Origin: Escherichia coli | GTDB taxonomy: Bacteria; Pseudomonadota; Gammaproteobacteria; Enterobacterales; Enterobacteriaceae | NCBI RefSeq assembly: GCF_003334765.1 | Contig: NZ_QOWT01000020.1 | Length of the DNA: 64,000 bases | Direction: 5' to 3' (one strand) | Shown: in pieces, positions 10,605 through 22,895 of the stretch | How the letters are laid out: each line of letters opens with the position of its first letter | Numbering within the stretch: position 1 is the stretch's first letter | Notes under the pieces: model-generated | What the model saw: only the letters and a program-made list of their open reading frames with translations | What the model was told of the DNA's origin: nothing | Databases searched by the model: none | Translations under genes and position numbers: made by a program

Positions 10605-12551
10605 TTACTTTTTGATTTCATACAGCGGTGTTTGACCCGCCACAACATGGCCCTGAGCTTTAATGATCAAGCCACTGAAATCGTCGATATTGCTGCAAAC
10701 CACCGGGCTAATCATCGAGCGGGCGTTAGCGTTCAGGTAATCCAGATCCATTTCCAGAATCGGTTGCCCTGCGCTTACCTGCGCACCCTCTTCCACCAGA
10801 CGTTTAAAGCCTTTACCTTCCAGCGCTACGGTGTCGATACCCATATGGACGACGATCTCCGCGCCTTTTTCGGTTTCCAGGCAGAACGCGTGGTTGGTGT
10901 TGAAGATTTTCACGATTGTCCCTGCGGCTGGTGATACGACGATTTTATCTGTCGGTTTCACCGCCACACCGTCACCCACCGCTTTGCTGGCGAATGCTTC
11001 GTCAGGAACCTGATCCAGTGCCACGACATCACCGGTAATCGGCGATACCAGCTCCGCGATAGATACCGCGTTTGGTACAGCCTGCGGTTTTGCTACAGGC
11101 GCGGCAGTTGCCGGAGTTGCTTCAGCTGACGCAGCGGCTACCGGACCACGGGCAACGACTTTCTTCATCGCATCGCCGATGGATTCTGCTTTCGCGCCAA
11201 CAATCACCTGAATAGTCTGTTTGTTCAGTTTCACTACCCCAGAAGCACCCAGACGTTTACACATCGTATCGTTAACGCGGGCAGAGTCAGCCACTGTAAG
11301 GCGCAGACGGGTGATACAGGCGTCAATCGCTTTCAGGTTGTCAGTGCCGCCAACCGCAGCAATATAGTTGGTTGCCAGTTGAGTCAGACCTTCTTCAGTG
11401 TTGCTGTTGGCTTCTTCAGTAACGATCTCGTCTTCTTTATCTTCACGACCCGGCGTTTTCAGGTTGAACATGCGGATAACCAAACTGAACACCACGAAGT
11501 AGATAGCGAAGAAGATAACGCCCATCACCAGCAGCATCCAGACGTTCTGGCTGGCGGCCGGCAGGTTATACATCAACGCGTAGTCGATAGCCCCCGCAGA
11601 GAAAGAGAAGCCCGCGTGGATACCCAGCAGCGTTGCCACAAACAGGCTGATACCGGTCAGCAGTGCGTGCAGGAGGTACAGCAGCGGAGCAAGGAACATG
11701 AACAGGAATTCCAGCGGCTCAGTCACACCGGTCAGGAACGCAGTAACAGCAACAGAAAGCAGCATACCGCCAACCATCGGACGACGCTCTTTCGGTGCTG
11801 CGAAGTACATCGCCAGCGCCGCACCCGGCAGACCGAACATCATGATCGGGAAGAAGCCGGACATGAACATCCCCGCGGTGCCGTCACCGGCATAGAAGCG
11901 GTTAATGTCACCGTGGAAAACCGTACCCGCCGCGTTGGTGAATTCACCAATCTGGAACCAGGCGATGGTGTTCAGTACCTGATGCAGACCGGTTGGGATC
12001 AGCAGACGGTTGATGAAACCAAAGATACCGGAACCCAGCGCGCCCGCAGAAACGATCCACTCGCCGCCTGCATGGATAGCGTGCTGTACTGGCGGCCAGA
12101 CGTAACCAAAAATGGCCGCCAGCACCAGGCAGAAGAATCCGGTGGCAATCGGCACAAAGCGTTTGCCGCCGAAGAAGCTCAGGAAGTCCGGCAGTTTAAT
12201 ATCGGACCAACGGTTATAGGCTGCGCCACCAACCAGACCGGTAATGATACCCGCCAGTACACCCATGTTAATTTCTGGGTTGATGGTCACCATCGCTTTG
12301 GTTAACACAAAGTAACCTACCGCACCCGCCAGCGCCGCCGCACCAGCGCTGTCTTTCGACCAGCTGGATGCCACACCGATGGCGAAGATTAATGCGAGGT
12401 TATCAAAAATCGCACCGCCCGCCTGGGCAATAAACGCAACGTTAAGTAAATCTGGCTGACCGAATCGCAGCAACAGTGCCGCCACCGGCAGCACCGCGAT
12501 AGGGAGCTGTAACGCCCTACCGAGTCGCTGGAAAAAACCTAAAATATTCAT
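10605..12551 (-). CDS. nagE: PTS N-acetylglucosamine transporter EIICBA
   Basis: 648-aa ORF MNILGFFQRLGRALQLPIAVLP; membrane EIIC followed by EIIB/EIIA domains. Confidence 0.95.
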   Translation of the reverse strand: MNILGFFQRLGRALQLPIAVLPVAALLLRFGQPDLLNVAFIAQAGGAIFDNLALIFAIGVASSWSKDSAGAAALAGAVGYFVLTKAMVTINPEINMGVLAGIITGLVGGAAYNRWSDIKLPDFLSFFGGKRFVPIATGFFCLVLAAIFGYVWPPVQHAIHAGGEWIVSAGALGSGIFGFINRLLIPTGLHQVLNTIAWFQIGEFTNAAGTVFHGDINRFYAGDGTAGMFMSGFFPIMMFGLPGAALAMYFAAPKERRPMVGGMLLSVAVTAFLTGVTEPLEFLFMFLAPLLYLLHALLTGISLFVATLLGIHAGFSFSAGAIDYALMYNLPAASQNVWMLLVMGVIFFAIYFVVFSLVIRMFNLKTPGREDKEDEIVTEEANSNTEEGLTQLATNYIAAVGGTDNLKAIDACITRLRLTVADSARVNDTMCKRLGASGVVKLNKQTIQVIVGAKAESIGDAMKKVVARGPVAAASAEATPATAAPVAKPQAVPNAVSIAELVSPITGDVVALDQVPDEAFASKAVGDGVAVKPTDKIVVSPAAGTIVKIFNTNHAFCLETEKGAEIVVHMGIDTVALEGKGFKRLVEEGAQVSAGQPILEMDLDYLNANARSMISPVVCSNIDDFSGLIIKAQGHVVAGQTPLYEIKK

Positions 12552-12672
12552 CTTATTCCCCCTACGAGAACCCTATTTGGCTCGTTTCAAGCCGTATTTT
12601 TATTTTGCTGCAAATTGTACTGCCGATGTTCTGTAATCAGATTGTTAGATCATCTGCTACAGAGTGTGTGAA

Positions 12673-12697
12673 AATTTAATTCGTATCGCAAATTAAA
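12673..12697. promoter_or_regulatory. NagC operator (nagE-proximal) in the divergent nagE-nagB control region
   Basis: AATTTAATTCGTATCGCAAATTAAA pseudo-palindrome. Confidence 0.5.
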
Positions 12698-12705
12698 CGC
12701 GTGTC

Positions 12706-12727
12706 TTTTGTGAGTTTTGTCACCAAA
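12706..12727. promoter_or_regulatory. CRP (cAMP receptor protein) site
   Basis: TTTTGTGAGTTTTGTCACCAAA matches TGTGA-N6-TCACA, placed between two NagC-like operators. Confidence 0.6.
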
Positions 12728-12767
12728 TATCGTTATCATCACTCCCTTTTACTGGCTAAACCAGAAA

Positions 12768-12790
12768 ACTTATTTTATCATTCAAAAAAT
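12768..12790. promoter_or_regulatory. NagC operator (nagB-proximal)
   Basis: ACTTATTTTATCATTCAAAAAAT, AT-rich operator about 95 bp from the first; spacing fits repression by looping. Confidence 0.5.
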
Positions 12791-12883
12791 CAGGTCGGAT
12801 TGACGCCTGTCTGCGCAAATCCAGGTTACGCTTAAAGATGCCTAATCCGCCAACGGCTTACATTTTACTTATTGAGGTGAATA

Positions 12884-14892
<2,009 letters not shown>

Positions 14893-14900
14893 GAGAAAGT

Positions 14901-16121
14901 ATGACACCAGGCGGACAAGCTCAGATAGGTAATGTTGATCTCGTAAAACAGCTTAACAGCGCGGCGGTTTATCGCCTGATTGACCAGTACGGGCCAATCT
15001 CGCGGATTCAGATTGCCGAGCAAAGCCAGCTTGCCCCCGCCAGCGTAACCAAAATTACGCGTCAGCTTATCGAACGCGGGCTGATCAAAGAAGTTGATCA
15101 GCAGGCCTCCACCGGGGGCCGCCGCGCTATCTCCATCGTCACCGAAACCCGCAATTTCCACGCAATCGGCGTACGGCTTGGTCGTCATGACGCCACCATC
15201 ACTCTGTTTGATCTCAGCAGCAAAGTGCTGGCAGAAGAACATTACCCGCTGCCGGAACGTACCCAGCAAACGCTGGAACATGCCCTGTTGAATGCCATTG
15301 CTCAGTTTATTGATAGCTACCAGCGCAAACTGCGCGAGCTGATCGCGATTTCGGTGATCCTGCCAGGGCTTGTTGACCCGGACAGCGGCAAAATTCATTA
15401 CATGCCGCATATTCAGGTAGAAAACTGGGGGCTGGTAGAAGCTCTGGAAGAACGTTTTAAAGTGACCTGTTTCGTTGGTCACGATATCCGTAGTCTGGCG
15501 CTGGCGGAGCACTACTTCGGTGCAAGTCAGGATTGCGAAGACTCCATTCTGGTGCGTGTCCATCGCGGAACCGGGGCCGGGATTATCTCTAACGGGCGCA
15601 TTTTTATTGGCCGCAACGGCAACGTCGGTGAAATTGGCCATATTCAGGTCGAACCGCTGGGTGAACGCTGCCACTGCGGCAACTTTGGCTGCCTGGAAAC
15701 TATCGCTGCCAACGCTGCCATTGAACAACGGGTGTTGAATCTGTTAAAGCAGGGCTACCAGAGCCGCGTGCCGCTGGACGACTGCACCATCAAAACTATC
15801 TGCAAAGCCGCGAACAAAGGCGATAGTCTGGCGTCGGAAGTAATTGAGTATGTCGGTCGTCATCTGGGTAAAACCATCGCCATTGCTATCAACTTATTTA
15901 ATCCGCAAAAAATTGTTATTGCCGGTGAAATCACCGAAGCCGATAAAGTGCTGCTCCCTGCTATTGAAAGCTGCATTAATACCCAGGCGCTGAAGGCGTT
16001 TCGCACTAATCTGCCGGTGGTACGTTCTGAGCTGGATCACCGCTCGGCAATCGGCGCTTTTGCGCTGGTAAAACGCGCCATGCTCAACGGTATTTTGCTC
16101 CAGCATTTGCTGGAAAATTAA
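14901..16121 (+). CDS. nagC: ROK-family repressor NagC
   Basis: 406-aa ORF with N-terminal HTH and ROK CxCGxxGC motif (HCGNFGC). Confidence 0.97.
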   Translation: MTPGGQAQIGNVDLVKQLNSAAVYRLIDQYGPISRIQIAEQSQLAPASVTKITRQLIERGLIKEVDQQASTGGRRAISIVTETRNFHAIGVRLGRHDATITLFDLSSKVLAEEHYPLPERTQQTLEHALLNAIAQFIDSYQRKLRELIAISVILPGLVDPDSGKIHYMPHIQVENWGLVEALEERFKVTCFVGHDIRSLALAEHYFGASQDCEDSILVRVHRGTGAGIISNGRIFIGRNGNVGEIGHIQVEPLGERCHCGNFGCLETIAANAAIEQRVLNLLKQGYQSRVPLDDCTIKTICKAANKGDSLASEVIEYVGRHLGKTIAIAINLFNPQKIVIAGEITEADKVLLPAIESCINTQALKAFRTNLPVVRSELDHRSAIGAFALVKRAMLNGILLQHLLEN

Positions 16122-16168
16122 TGTGCTTTTATAGTGGCGCTTATTGTTGTCAATATTCTGGGTAGTCC

Positions 16169-16921
16169 ATGACCATTAAAAATGTAATTTGCGATATCGA
16201 CGGCGTGCTGATGCACGATAACGTCGCCGTACCGGGTGCAGCGGAATTTTTGCACGGGATTATGGATAAAGGCCTGCCGCTGGTGTTGCTGACCAACTAT
16301 CCTTCGCAGACTGGGCAAGATCTGGCGAACCGCTTTGCCACCGCAGGTGTCGATGTACCTGACAGCGTGTTTTATACCTCTGCGATGGCGACTGCCGATT
16401 TCCTGCGTCGCCAGGAAGGCAAGAAAGCGTATGTGGTGGGCGAAGGCGCACTGATTCATGAACTGTACAAAGCCGGTTTCACTATTACCGATGTGAACCC
16501 TGATTTCGTGATTGTTGGCGAAACGCGTTCCTACAACTGGGACATGATGCATAAAGCAGCCTATTTCGTCGCTAACGGTGCACGTTTTATCGCCACCAAT
16601 CCGGACACCCACGGGCGCGGTTTTTATCCCGCTTGTGGCGCGTTGTGTGCAGGGATTGAGAAAATCTCCGGGCGCAAACCGTTCTATGTTGGTAAGCCCA
16701 GCCCGTGGATCATCCGCGCAGCATTAAACAAAATGCAGGCGCATTCGGAAGAAACGGTGATTGTCGGCGATAACCTGCGTACCGATATTCTGGCCGGCTT
16801 CCAGGCAGGTCTGGAGACGATTCTGGTGCTTTCTGGTGTTTCGTCGCTCGACGATATCGACAGTATGCCTTTCCGCCCCAGCTGGATTTACCCGTCAGTC
16901 GCTGAAATCGACGTTATCTGA
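16169..16921 (+). CDS. nagD: UMP phosphatase NagD/UmpH (HAD superfamily)
   Basis: 250-aa ORF MTIKNVICDIDGVL with HAD DxDG motif. Confidence 0.95.
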   Translation: MTIKNVICDIDGVLMHDNVAVPGAAEFLHGIMDKGLPLVLLTNYPSQTGQDLANRFATAGVDVPDSVFYTSAMATADFLRRQEGKKAYVVGEGALIHELYKAGFTITDVNPDFVIVGETRSYNWDMMHKAAYFVANGARFIATNPDTHGRGFYPACGALCAGIEKISGRKPFYVGKPSPWIIRAALNKMQAHSEETVIVGDNLRTDILAGFQAGLETILVLSGVSSLDDIDSMPFRPSWIYPSVAEIDVI

Positions 16922-16972
16922 ATAGCAACCACGTCTGCGGACGTGGTTGGCTCTGATGACAAACGCCAAACT

Positions 16973-17071
16973 GCCTGATGCGCTACGCTTATCAGGCCTA
17001 CGCAGCTCCTGCAATATATTGAATTTTCATGCTTTTGTAGGCCGGATAAGGCGTTCACGCCGCATCCGGCA
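16973..17071. repeat. REP/BIME element, RIP-type, inverted relative to the copy at 1134..1232
   Basis: TGCCTGATGCGCTACGCTTATCAGGCCTAC ... CAATATATTG ... TAGGCCGGATAAGGCGTTCACGCCGCATCCGGCA. Confidence 0.8.
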
Positions 17072-17317
17072 TGAACAAATCGCACTTTGTCAGCAATTTG
17101 GCCCCCGTAAAATATAAACATTCAATAAAACCCGCTAAAAATTATCGATTCATCAATAAATATATCCTCACACCAGACCTTTTTTCACCAATCGACAATC
17201 ACCATTACGTTTTTTATTTTTTCACCGCCAAATCGCTTGCGCACAGTGCTGCTTTGCGGCATTTTTTTAAACAAGCAAACACAACAAGCAACAAATACCA
17301 GGTTAACGGAGAAGGTT

Positions 17318-18982
17318 ATGTGTTCAATTTTTGGCGTATTCGATATCAAAACAGACGCAGTTGAGCTGCGTAAGAAAGCCCTCGAGCTGTCACGCCTGAT
17401 GCGTCATCGTGGCCCGGACTGGTCCGGTATTTATGCCAGCGATAACGCCATTCTCGCCCACGAACGTCTGTCAATTGTTGACGTTAACGCGGGGGCGCAA
17501 CCTCTCTACAACCAACAAAAAACCCACGTACTGGCGGTAAACGGTGAAATCTACAACCACCAGGCATTGCGCGCCGAATATGGCGATCGTTACCAGTTCC
17601 AGACCGGGTCTGACTGTGAAGTGATCCTCGCGCTGTATCAGGAAAAAGGGCCGGAATTTCTCGACGACTTGCAGGGCATGTTTGCCTTTGCACTGTACGA
17701 CAGCGAAAAAGATGCCTACCTGATTGGTCGCGACCATCTGGGGATCATCCCACTGTATATGGGGTATGACGAACACGGTCAGCTGTATGTGGCCTCAGAA
17801 ATGAAAGCGCTGGTGCCAGTTTGCCGCACGATTAAAGAGTTCCCGGCGGGGAGCTATTTGTGGAGCCAGGACGGCGAAATCCGTTCTTACTATCATCGCG
17901 ACTGGTTCGACTACGATGCGGTGAAAGATAACGTGACCGACAAAAACGAGCTGCGTCAGGCACTGGAAGATTCAGTTAAAAGCCATCTGATGTCTGATGT
18001 GCCTTACGGTGTGCTGCTTTCTGGTGGTCTGGATTCCTCAATTATTTCCGCTATCACCAAGAAATACGCAGCCCGTCGCGTGGAAGATCAGGAACGCTCT
18101 GAAGCCTGGTGGCCGCAGTTACACTCCTTTGCTGTAGGTCTGCCGGGTTCACCGGATCTGAAAGCAGCCCAGGAAGTGGCAAACCATCTGGGCACGGTGC
18201 ATCACGAAATTCACTTCACTGTACAGGAAGGTCTGGATGCCATCCGCGACGTGATTTACCACATCGAAACTTATGATGTGACCACTATTCGCGCTTCAAC
18301 ACCGATGTATTTAATGTCGCGTAAGATCAAGGCGATGGGCATTAAAATGGTGCTGTCCGGTGAAGGTTCTGATGAAGTGTTCGGCGGTTATCTTTACTTC
18401 CACAAAGCACCGAATGCCAAAGAACTGCATGAAGAGACGGTGCGTAAACTGCTGGCCCTGCATATGTATGACTGCGCGCGTGCCAACAAAGCGATGTCAG
18501 CCTGGGGCGTGGAAGCACGCGTTCCGTTCCTCGACAAAAAATTCCTTGATGTGGCGATGCGTATTAACCCACAGGATAAAATGTGCGGTAACGGCAAAAT
18601 GGAAAAACACATCCTGCGTGAATGTTTTGAAGCGTATCTGCCTGCAAGCGTGGCCTGGCGGCAGAAAGAGCAGTTCTCCGATGGCGTCGGTTACAGTTGG
18701 ATCGACACCCTGAAAGAAGTGGCTGCGCAGCAGGTTTCTGATCAGCAACTGGAAACTGCCCGCTTCCGCTTCCCGTACAACACGCCAACCTCTAAAGAAG
18801 CGTACTTGTATCGGGAGATCTTTGAAGAACTATTCCCGCTTCCGAGCGCCGCTGAGTGCGTGCCGGGCGGTCCTTCCGTCGCTTGTTCTTCCGCTAAAGC
18901 GATCGAATGGGATGAAGCGTTCAAGAAAATGGACGATCCGTCTGGTCGCGCGGTTGGTGTTCACCAGTCGGCGTATAAGTAA
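17318..18982 (+). CDS. asnB: asparagine synthetase B (glutamine-hydrolysing)
   Basis: ORF 17237..18982; internal start MCSIFGVFDIK (Cys2 nucleophile) gives 554 aa. Confidence 0.97.
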   Translation: MCSIFGVFDIKTDAVELRKKALELSRLMRHRGPDWSGIYASDNAILAHERLSIVDVNAGAQPLYNQQKTHVLAVNGEIYNHQALRAEYGDRYQFQTGSDCEVILALYQEKGPEFLDDLQGMFAFALYDSEKDAYLIGRDHLGIIPLYMGYDEHGQLYVASEMKALVPVCRTIKEFPAGSYLWSQDGEIRSYYHRDWFDYDAVKDNVTDKNELRQALEDSVKSHLMSDVPYGVLLSGGLDSSIISAITKKYAARRVEDQERSEAWWPQLHSFAVGLPGSPDLKAAQEVANHLGTVHHEIHFTVQEGLDAIRDVIYHIETYDVTTIRASTPMYLMSRKIKAMGIKMVLSGEGSDEVFGGYLYFHKAPNAKELHEETVRKLLALHMYDCARANKAMSAWGVEARVPFLDKKFLDVAMRINPQDKMCGNGKMEKHILRECFEAYLPASVAWRQKEQFSDGVGYSWIDTLKEVAAQQVSDQQLETARFRFPYNTPTSKEAYLYREIFEELFPLPSAAECVPGGPSVACSSAKAIEWDEAFKKMDDPSGRAVGVHQSAYK

Positions 18983-18990
18983 GAAATGCG

Positions 18991-19029
18991 AAACAGCCCC
19001 GGTGAAATCCGGGGCTGTTTCAGTTATTG
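18991..19029 (+). terminator. intrinsic terminator of asnB
   Basis: AAACAGCCCCGG-TGAAAT-CCGGGGCTGTTTCAG. Confidence 0.6.
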
Positions 19030-19292
19030 AGGTGCTTGTTGATTCTGATATGCAGTAAGGAAATGTTCCGGGTTTGCCACATCACTGTTTGACAACTCAT
19101 CACTGTAGGCCAGTATTTCATAGATTAATTTCCCACCACTATTGTTAAATTCCGAATTTCATCCTGTATGACAAAAGAATGGCTGTAGGGTGGGAAAAAA
19201 CACAAAGTAAACAATAATTGACGAATATAGCGCCACGCTGTTCGCAACCTAACCAAACAGTCACTTTCGAGCAATTTTCCTTGAAAAAGAGG

Positions 19293-19321
19293 TTGACGCT
19301 GCAAGGCTCTATACGCATAAT
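19293..19321 (+). promoter_or_regulatory. sigma-70 promoter of the tRNA operon with GC-rich discriminator
   Basis: TTGACG, 17-bp spacer, CATAAT, then GCGCCCCGC about 40 nt upstream of the first tRNA. Confidence 0.6.
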
Positions 19322-19361
19322 GCGCCCCGCAACGCCGATAAGGTATCGCGAAAAAAAAGAT

Positions 19362-19438
19362 GGCTACGTAGCTCAGTTGGTTAGAGCACATCACTCATAA
19401 TGATGGGGTCACAGGTTCGAATCCCGTCGTAGCCACCA
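19362..19438 (+). tRNA. metT: tRNA-Met (elongator, anticodon CAU)
   Basis: GGCTACGTAGCTCAGTTGGTTAGAGC...CTCATAA...GGTTCGAATCC...GTAGCCACCA. Confidence 0.95.
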
Positions 19439-19447
19439 TCTTTTTTT

Positions 19448-19532
19448 GCGGGAGTGGCGAAATTGGTAGACGCACCAGATTTAGGTTCTGGCGCCGCAAG
19501 GTGTGCGAGTTCAAGTCTCGCCTCCCGCACCA
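19448..19532 (+). tRNA. leuW: tRNA-Leu (anticodon UAG), long variable arm
   Basis: GCGGGAGTGGCGAAATTGGTAGACGC...TTTAGGT...CCTCCCGCACCA. Confidence 0.95.
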
Positions 19533-19555
19533 TTCACCAGAAAGCGTTGTACGGA

Positions 19556-19630
19556 TGGGGTATCGCCAAGCGGTAAGGCACCGGTTTTTGATACCGGCAT
19601 TCCCTGGTTCGAATCCAGGTACCCCAGCCA
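19556..19630 (+). tRNA. glnU: tRNA-Gln (anticodon UUG)
   Basis: TGGGGTATCGCCAAGCGGTAAGGCACCGGTTTTTGATACCGG...ACCCCAGCCA. Confidence 0.95.
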
Positions 19631-19645
19631 TCGAAGAAACAATCT

Positions 19646-19722
19646 GGCTACGTAGCTCAGTTGGTTAGAGCACATCACTCATAATGATGGGGTCACAGGT
19701 TCGAATCCCGTCGTAGCCACCA
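19646..19722 (+). tRNA. metU: tRNA-Met (elongator, anticodon CAU), second copy
   Basis: Identical to the tRNA at 19362..19438. Confidence 0.95.
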
Positions 19723-19769
19723 AATTCTGAATGTGTCGAATATGTTCGGCAAATTCAAAACCAATTTGT

Positions 19770-19844
19770 TGGGGTATCGCCAAGCGGTAAGGCACCGGAT
19801 TCTGATTCCGGCATTCCGAGGTTCGAATCCTCGTACCCCAGCCA
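19770..19844 (+). tRNA. glnV: tRNA-Gln (anticodon CUG)
   Basis: TGGGGTATCGCCAAGCGGTAAGGCACCGGATTCTGATTCCGG...ACCCCAGCCA. Confidence 0.95.
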
Positions 19845-19854
19845 CATTAAAAAA

Positions 19855-19880
19855 GCTCGCTTCGGCGAGCTTTTTGCTTT
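19855..19880 (+). terminator. intrinsic terminator of the tRNA operon
   Basis: GCTCGC-TTCG-GCGAGC followed by TTTTTGCTTTT. Confidence 0.85.
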
Positions 19881-19892
19881 TCTGCGTTCATT

Positions 19893-19988
19893 CAATGTCG
19901 AATGCGATGTTGACACGTCTTATCCTTCAATGTCGGATGCGACGCTGCCGCGTCTTATCCGACCTACGGTTGGCACGCATCCGGCAAT
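19893..19988. repeat. REP-like palindromic repeat cluster
   Basis: Repeated ATGTCG(A/G)ATGCGA...CGTCTTATCC units and GCACGCATCCGGCA. Confidence 0.6.
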
Positions 19989-19997
19989 GTTGTAAGG

Positions 19998-21173
19998 CTA
20001 CAACCCTAACGCATATTTCAGCGCCTGACGTTTCAACACGCCAGCACGCTCCGCCGCCATTAACCCGAGATTACGCATAAAACGCAGTGGTGGCAGATTA
20101 TTGCTGAATCCGGCATAAAACAGATCCATACCGCTTTGCATAATGAAGTTATCCGCCATGCGCCGCATCTGGTAACGCTTGAGGACAGGATAACTGGCCC
20201 ACGCTTCGCCGTAGCTGCGGGCGTTGACCAGAACATCAATCAGGGCATCGACATCACGATAACCAAGATTCACTCCCTGCCCCGCCAGCGGATGGATGGT
20301 ATGCGCGGCATCGCCCACCAGCGCAAGCCCTGGCTGCACGTACTGCAACGCATGGCGACGCGTCAGCGGAAACGCACCAGCGGCAAGCGGTGTAACGTAA
20401 CCCAGACGCGACGGGAAATGCTTCGCGATTTCCGCCTGGAGCTGTGCCATATTCATATTCTGCAACTGGCGAATACGCGCCGGAGAGTCATACCACACCA
20501 GCGATGCCCAGTTATCAAACAACGGCAGAAACGCACGCGGTCCGTCCGGAGTAAATTGCTGCCAGGTGCTGTCGCCGGGATCGTTCTCGCACTGGACGCT
20601 AATCAACATGCACGACTGCGCATACTGCCATGCATGAACGCCAATTCCCGCCATCTGCCGCACCTGCGAATTTGCGCCGTCGGCACCAATCACCAGCTTC
20701 GCGCGAATCACTTCACCGCCTTTCAGCTCCAGCTCCTGAAGATCATCATGGCGATGCAGCGCAATCAGCGAGCCTGGCACACGTAACGTTACTTTCGGAT
20801 GCGCTTCCAGCGCCTGCCACAACGCCTGTTGCAGGACAGTGTTTTCCACCATATAGCCAAGCAGCGGTAGCTTAAGTTCAGCGGCGTCAAACACCACATG
20901 CGCCGTTTCCCACTCCCACGTTTCCAGTCTGCGGTAAGGATGGCAACGCATAGCCTGTACTGCATCCCAGACCCCTAACCCTTTAAGCAATGATACCGAA
21001 GCCGCGCTGATCGCCGAGATCCGCACGTCCGGTTGGCTATCAGCGACAAACGGCGCTGGTTCTGCGTGCTCGATCACCGTTACCGCAAATCCGTGCTGTG
21101 CCAGCCCCAGCGCCAGTGCGCCGCCGACCATTCCTCCGCCGACAATGGCAATTTCCGTTGGTTGATTTGTCAT
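19998..21173 (-). CDS. ubiF: FAD-dependent 2-octaprenyl-3-methyl-6-methoxy-1,4-benzoquinol hydroxylase
   Basis: ORF 19998..21179; MTNQPTEIAIVGGGMVGGALALGL Rossmann GxGxxG; second Met chosen (391 aa). Confidence 0.93.
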   Translation of the reverse strand: MTNQPTEIAIVGGGMVGGALALGLAQHGFAVTVIEHAEPAPFVADSQPDVRISAISAASVSLLKGLGVWDAVQAMRCHPYRRLETWEWETAHVVFDAAELKLPLLGYMVENTVLQQALWQALEAHPKVTLRVPGSLIALHRHDDLQELELKGGEVIRAKLVIGADGANSQVRQMAGIGVHAWQYAQSCMLISVQCENDPGDSTWQQFTPDGPRAFLPLFDNWASLVWYDSPARIRQLQNMNMAQLQAEIAKHFPSRLGYVTPLAAGAFPLTRRHALQYVQPGLALVGDAAHTIHPLAGQGVNLGYRDVDALIDVLVNARSYGEAWASYPVLKRYQMRRMADNFIMQSGMDLFYAGFSNNLPPLRFMRNLGLMAAERAGVLKRQALKYALGL

Positions 21174-21318
21174 GGTCAATCATCCTGTTAGCAATATGCT
21201 TTAAGTTTACAGGATTTTTACCCCTAAGGGCTGATAACGCTCATACTGGTCACAACGGCAGCAAAGCATTACACTATGCGCCCTGCATTCCTGGCTACTA
21301 TTTCGCAAGAGCAAGTCG

Positions 21319-22743
21319 ATGACCAAAAAACTCCATATTAAAACCTGGGGCTGTCAGATGAACGAGTACGATTCATCGAAGATGGCCGATCTGCTGGATG
21401 CCACCCACGGCTATCAACTGACCGACGTGGCGGAAGAAGCGGATGTGCTGCTGCTGAACACCTGCTCAATCCGCGAGAAGGCTCAGGAAAAAGTCTTCCA
21501 TCAGTTGGGTCGCTGGAAACTGTTAAAAGAGAAGAATCCAGACCTGATTATCGGCGTCGGTGGCTGCGTGGCATCGCAAGAAGGCGAGCACATTCGCCAG
21601 CGCGCCCACTATGTCGATATTATTTTTGGGCCGCAAACGCTGCACCGTCTGCCGGAGATGATCAACTCCGTGCGTGGCGACCGCAGCCCGGTTGTAGATA
21701 TCAGCTTCCCGGAAATCGAGAAGTTTGACCGTCTACCGGAACCGCGCGCCGAAGGGCCGACCGCGTTTGTCTCCATCATGGAAGGCTGCAATAAATATTG
21801 CACCTACTGCGTGGTGCCTTACACCCGTGGTGAAGAGGTAAGCCGTCCGTCCGACGATATTCTGTTTGAGATTGCCCAGCTTGCGGCTCAGGGCGTGCGT
21901 GAAGTCAACCTGCTCGGTCAGAACGTGAACGCCTGGCGTGGTGAAAACTACGACGGCACCACCGGATCGTTTGCCGATCTGCTGCGTCTGGTTGCTGCGA
22001 TCGACGGGATCGATCGTATTCGCTTTACCACCAGCCATCCGATCGAATTCACCGACGATATCATCGAAGTGTATCGCGACACGCCGGAGCTGGTGAGCTT
22101 CCTGCATCTGCCGGTACAGAGCGGTTCCGATCGCATTCTGAACCTGATGGGCCGTACCCATACGGCGCTGGAGTACAAAGCGATCATCCGTAAACTGCGT
22201 GCGGCGCGTCCAGATATTCAGATCAGTTCTGATTTCATCGTTGGCTTCCCTGGCGAAACCACCGAAGACTTCGAGAAAACGATGAAGCTGATTGCCGACG
22301 TCAATTTCGACATGAGCTACAGCTTTATCTTCTCTGCACGTCCGGGTACACCAGCCGCCGATATGGTTGATGATGTTCCGGAAGAAGAGAAGAAGCAGCG
22401 TCTGTATATTCTGCAAGAGCGCATTAATCAGCAAGCGATGGCGTGGAGCCGCCGGATGCTCGGCACCACCCAGCGTATTCTGGTAGAAGGTACATCGCGT
22501 AAGAGCATCATGGAGCTTTCCGGGCGTACGGAAAATAACCGCGTGGTCAACTTCGAAGGCACGCCGGATATGATCGGTAAATTCGTCGATGTAGAAATTA
22601 CCGACGTCTACCCGAACTCTCTGCGCGGTAAAGTGGTGCGTACTGAAGATGAAATGGGTCTGCGCGTGGCAGAAACACCGGAATCAGTGATTGCCCGTAC
22701 CCGCAAAGAAAACGACCTTGGCGTGGGTTATTATCAGCCGTAA
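21319..22743 (+). CDS. miaB: tRNA-i6A37 methylthiotransferase (radical SAM)
   Basis: 474-aa [22 protein letters not shown] with CNKYCTYC radical-SAM cysteines. Confidence 0.97.
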
Positions 22744-22895
22744 TTCTCAGGCCTGCCGTTCCGGTGGGCCTTGTTTTTTCTCTCTTTATCCCCATCTTTA
22801 TTGCAATGCTTGCGCCTTTTTCCTGTGGCGTGAATAATTTCCTTATAGGCCGGTGAATGTTCAGCTTCCGGCGGCATACAGATAAGAGGAACGGT

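Noticed and set aside
19362-19988. Genomic island or integrase at the tRNA cluster
   Set aside because: The tRNA operon is flanked directly by asnB and ubiF with only a terminator and REP repeats; there is no integrase, direct repeat of a tRNA 3' end, or foreign gene block.
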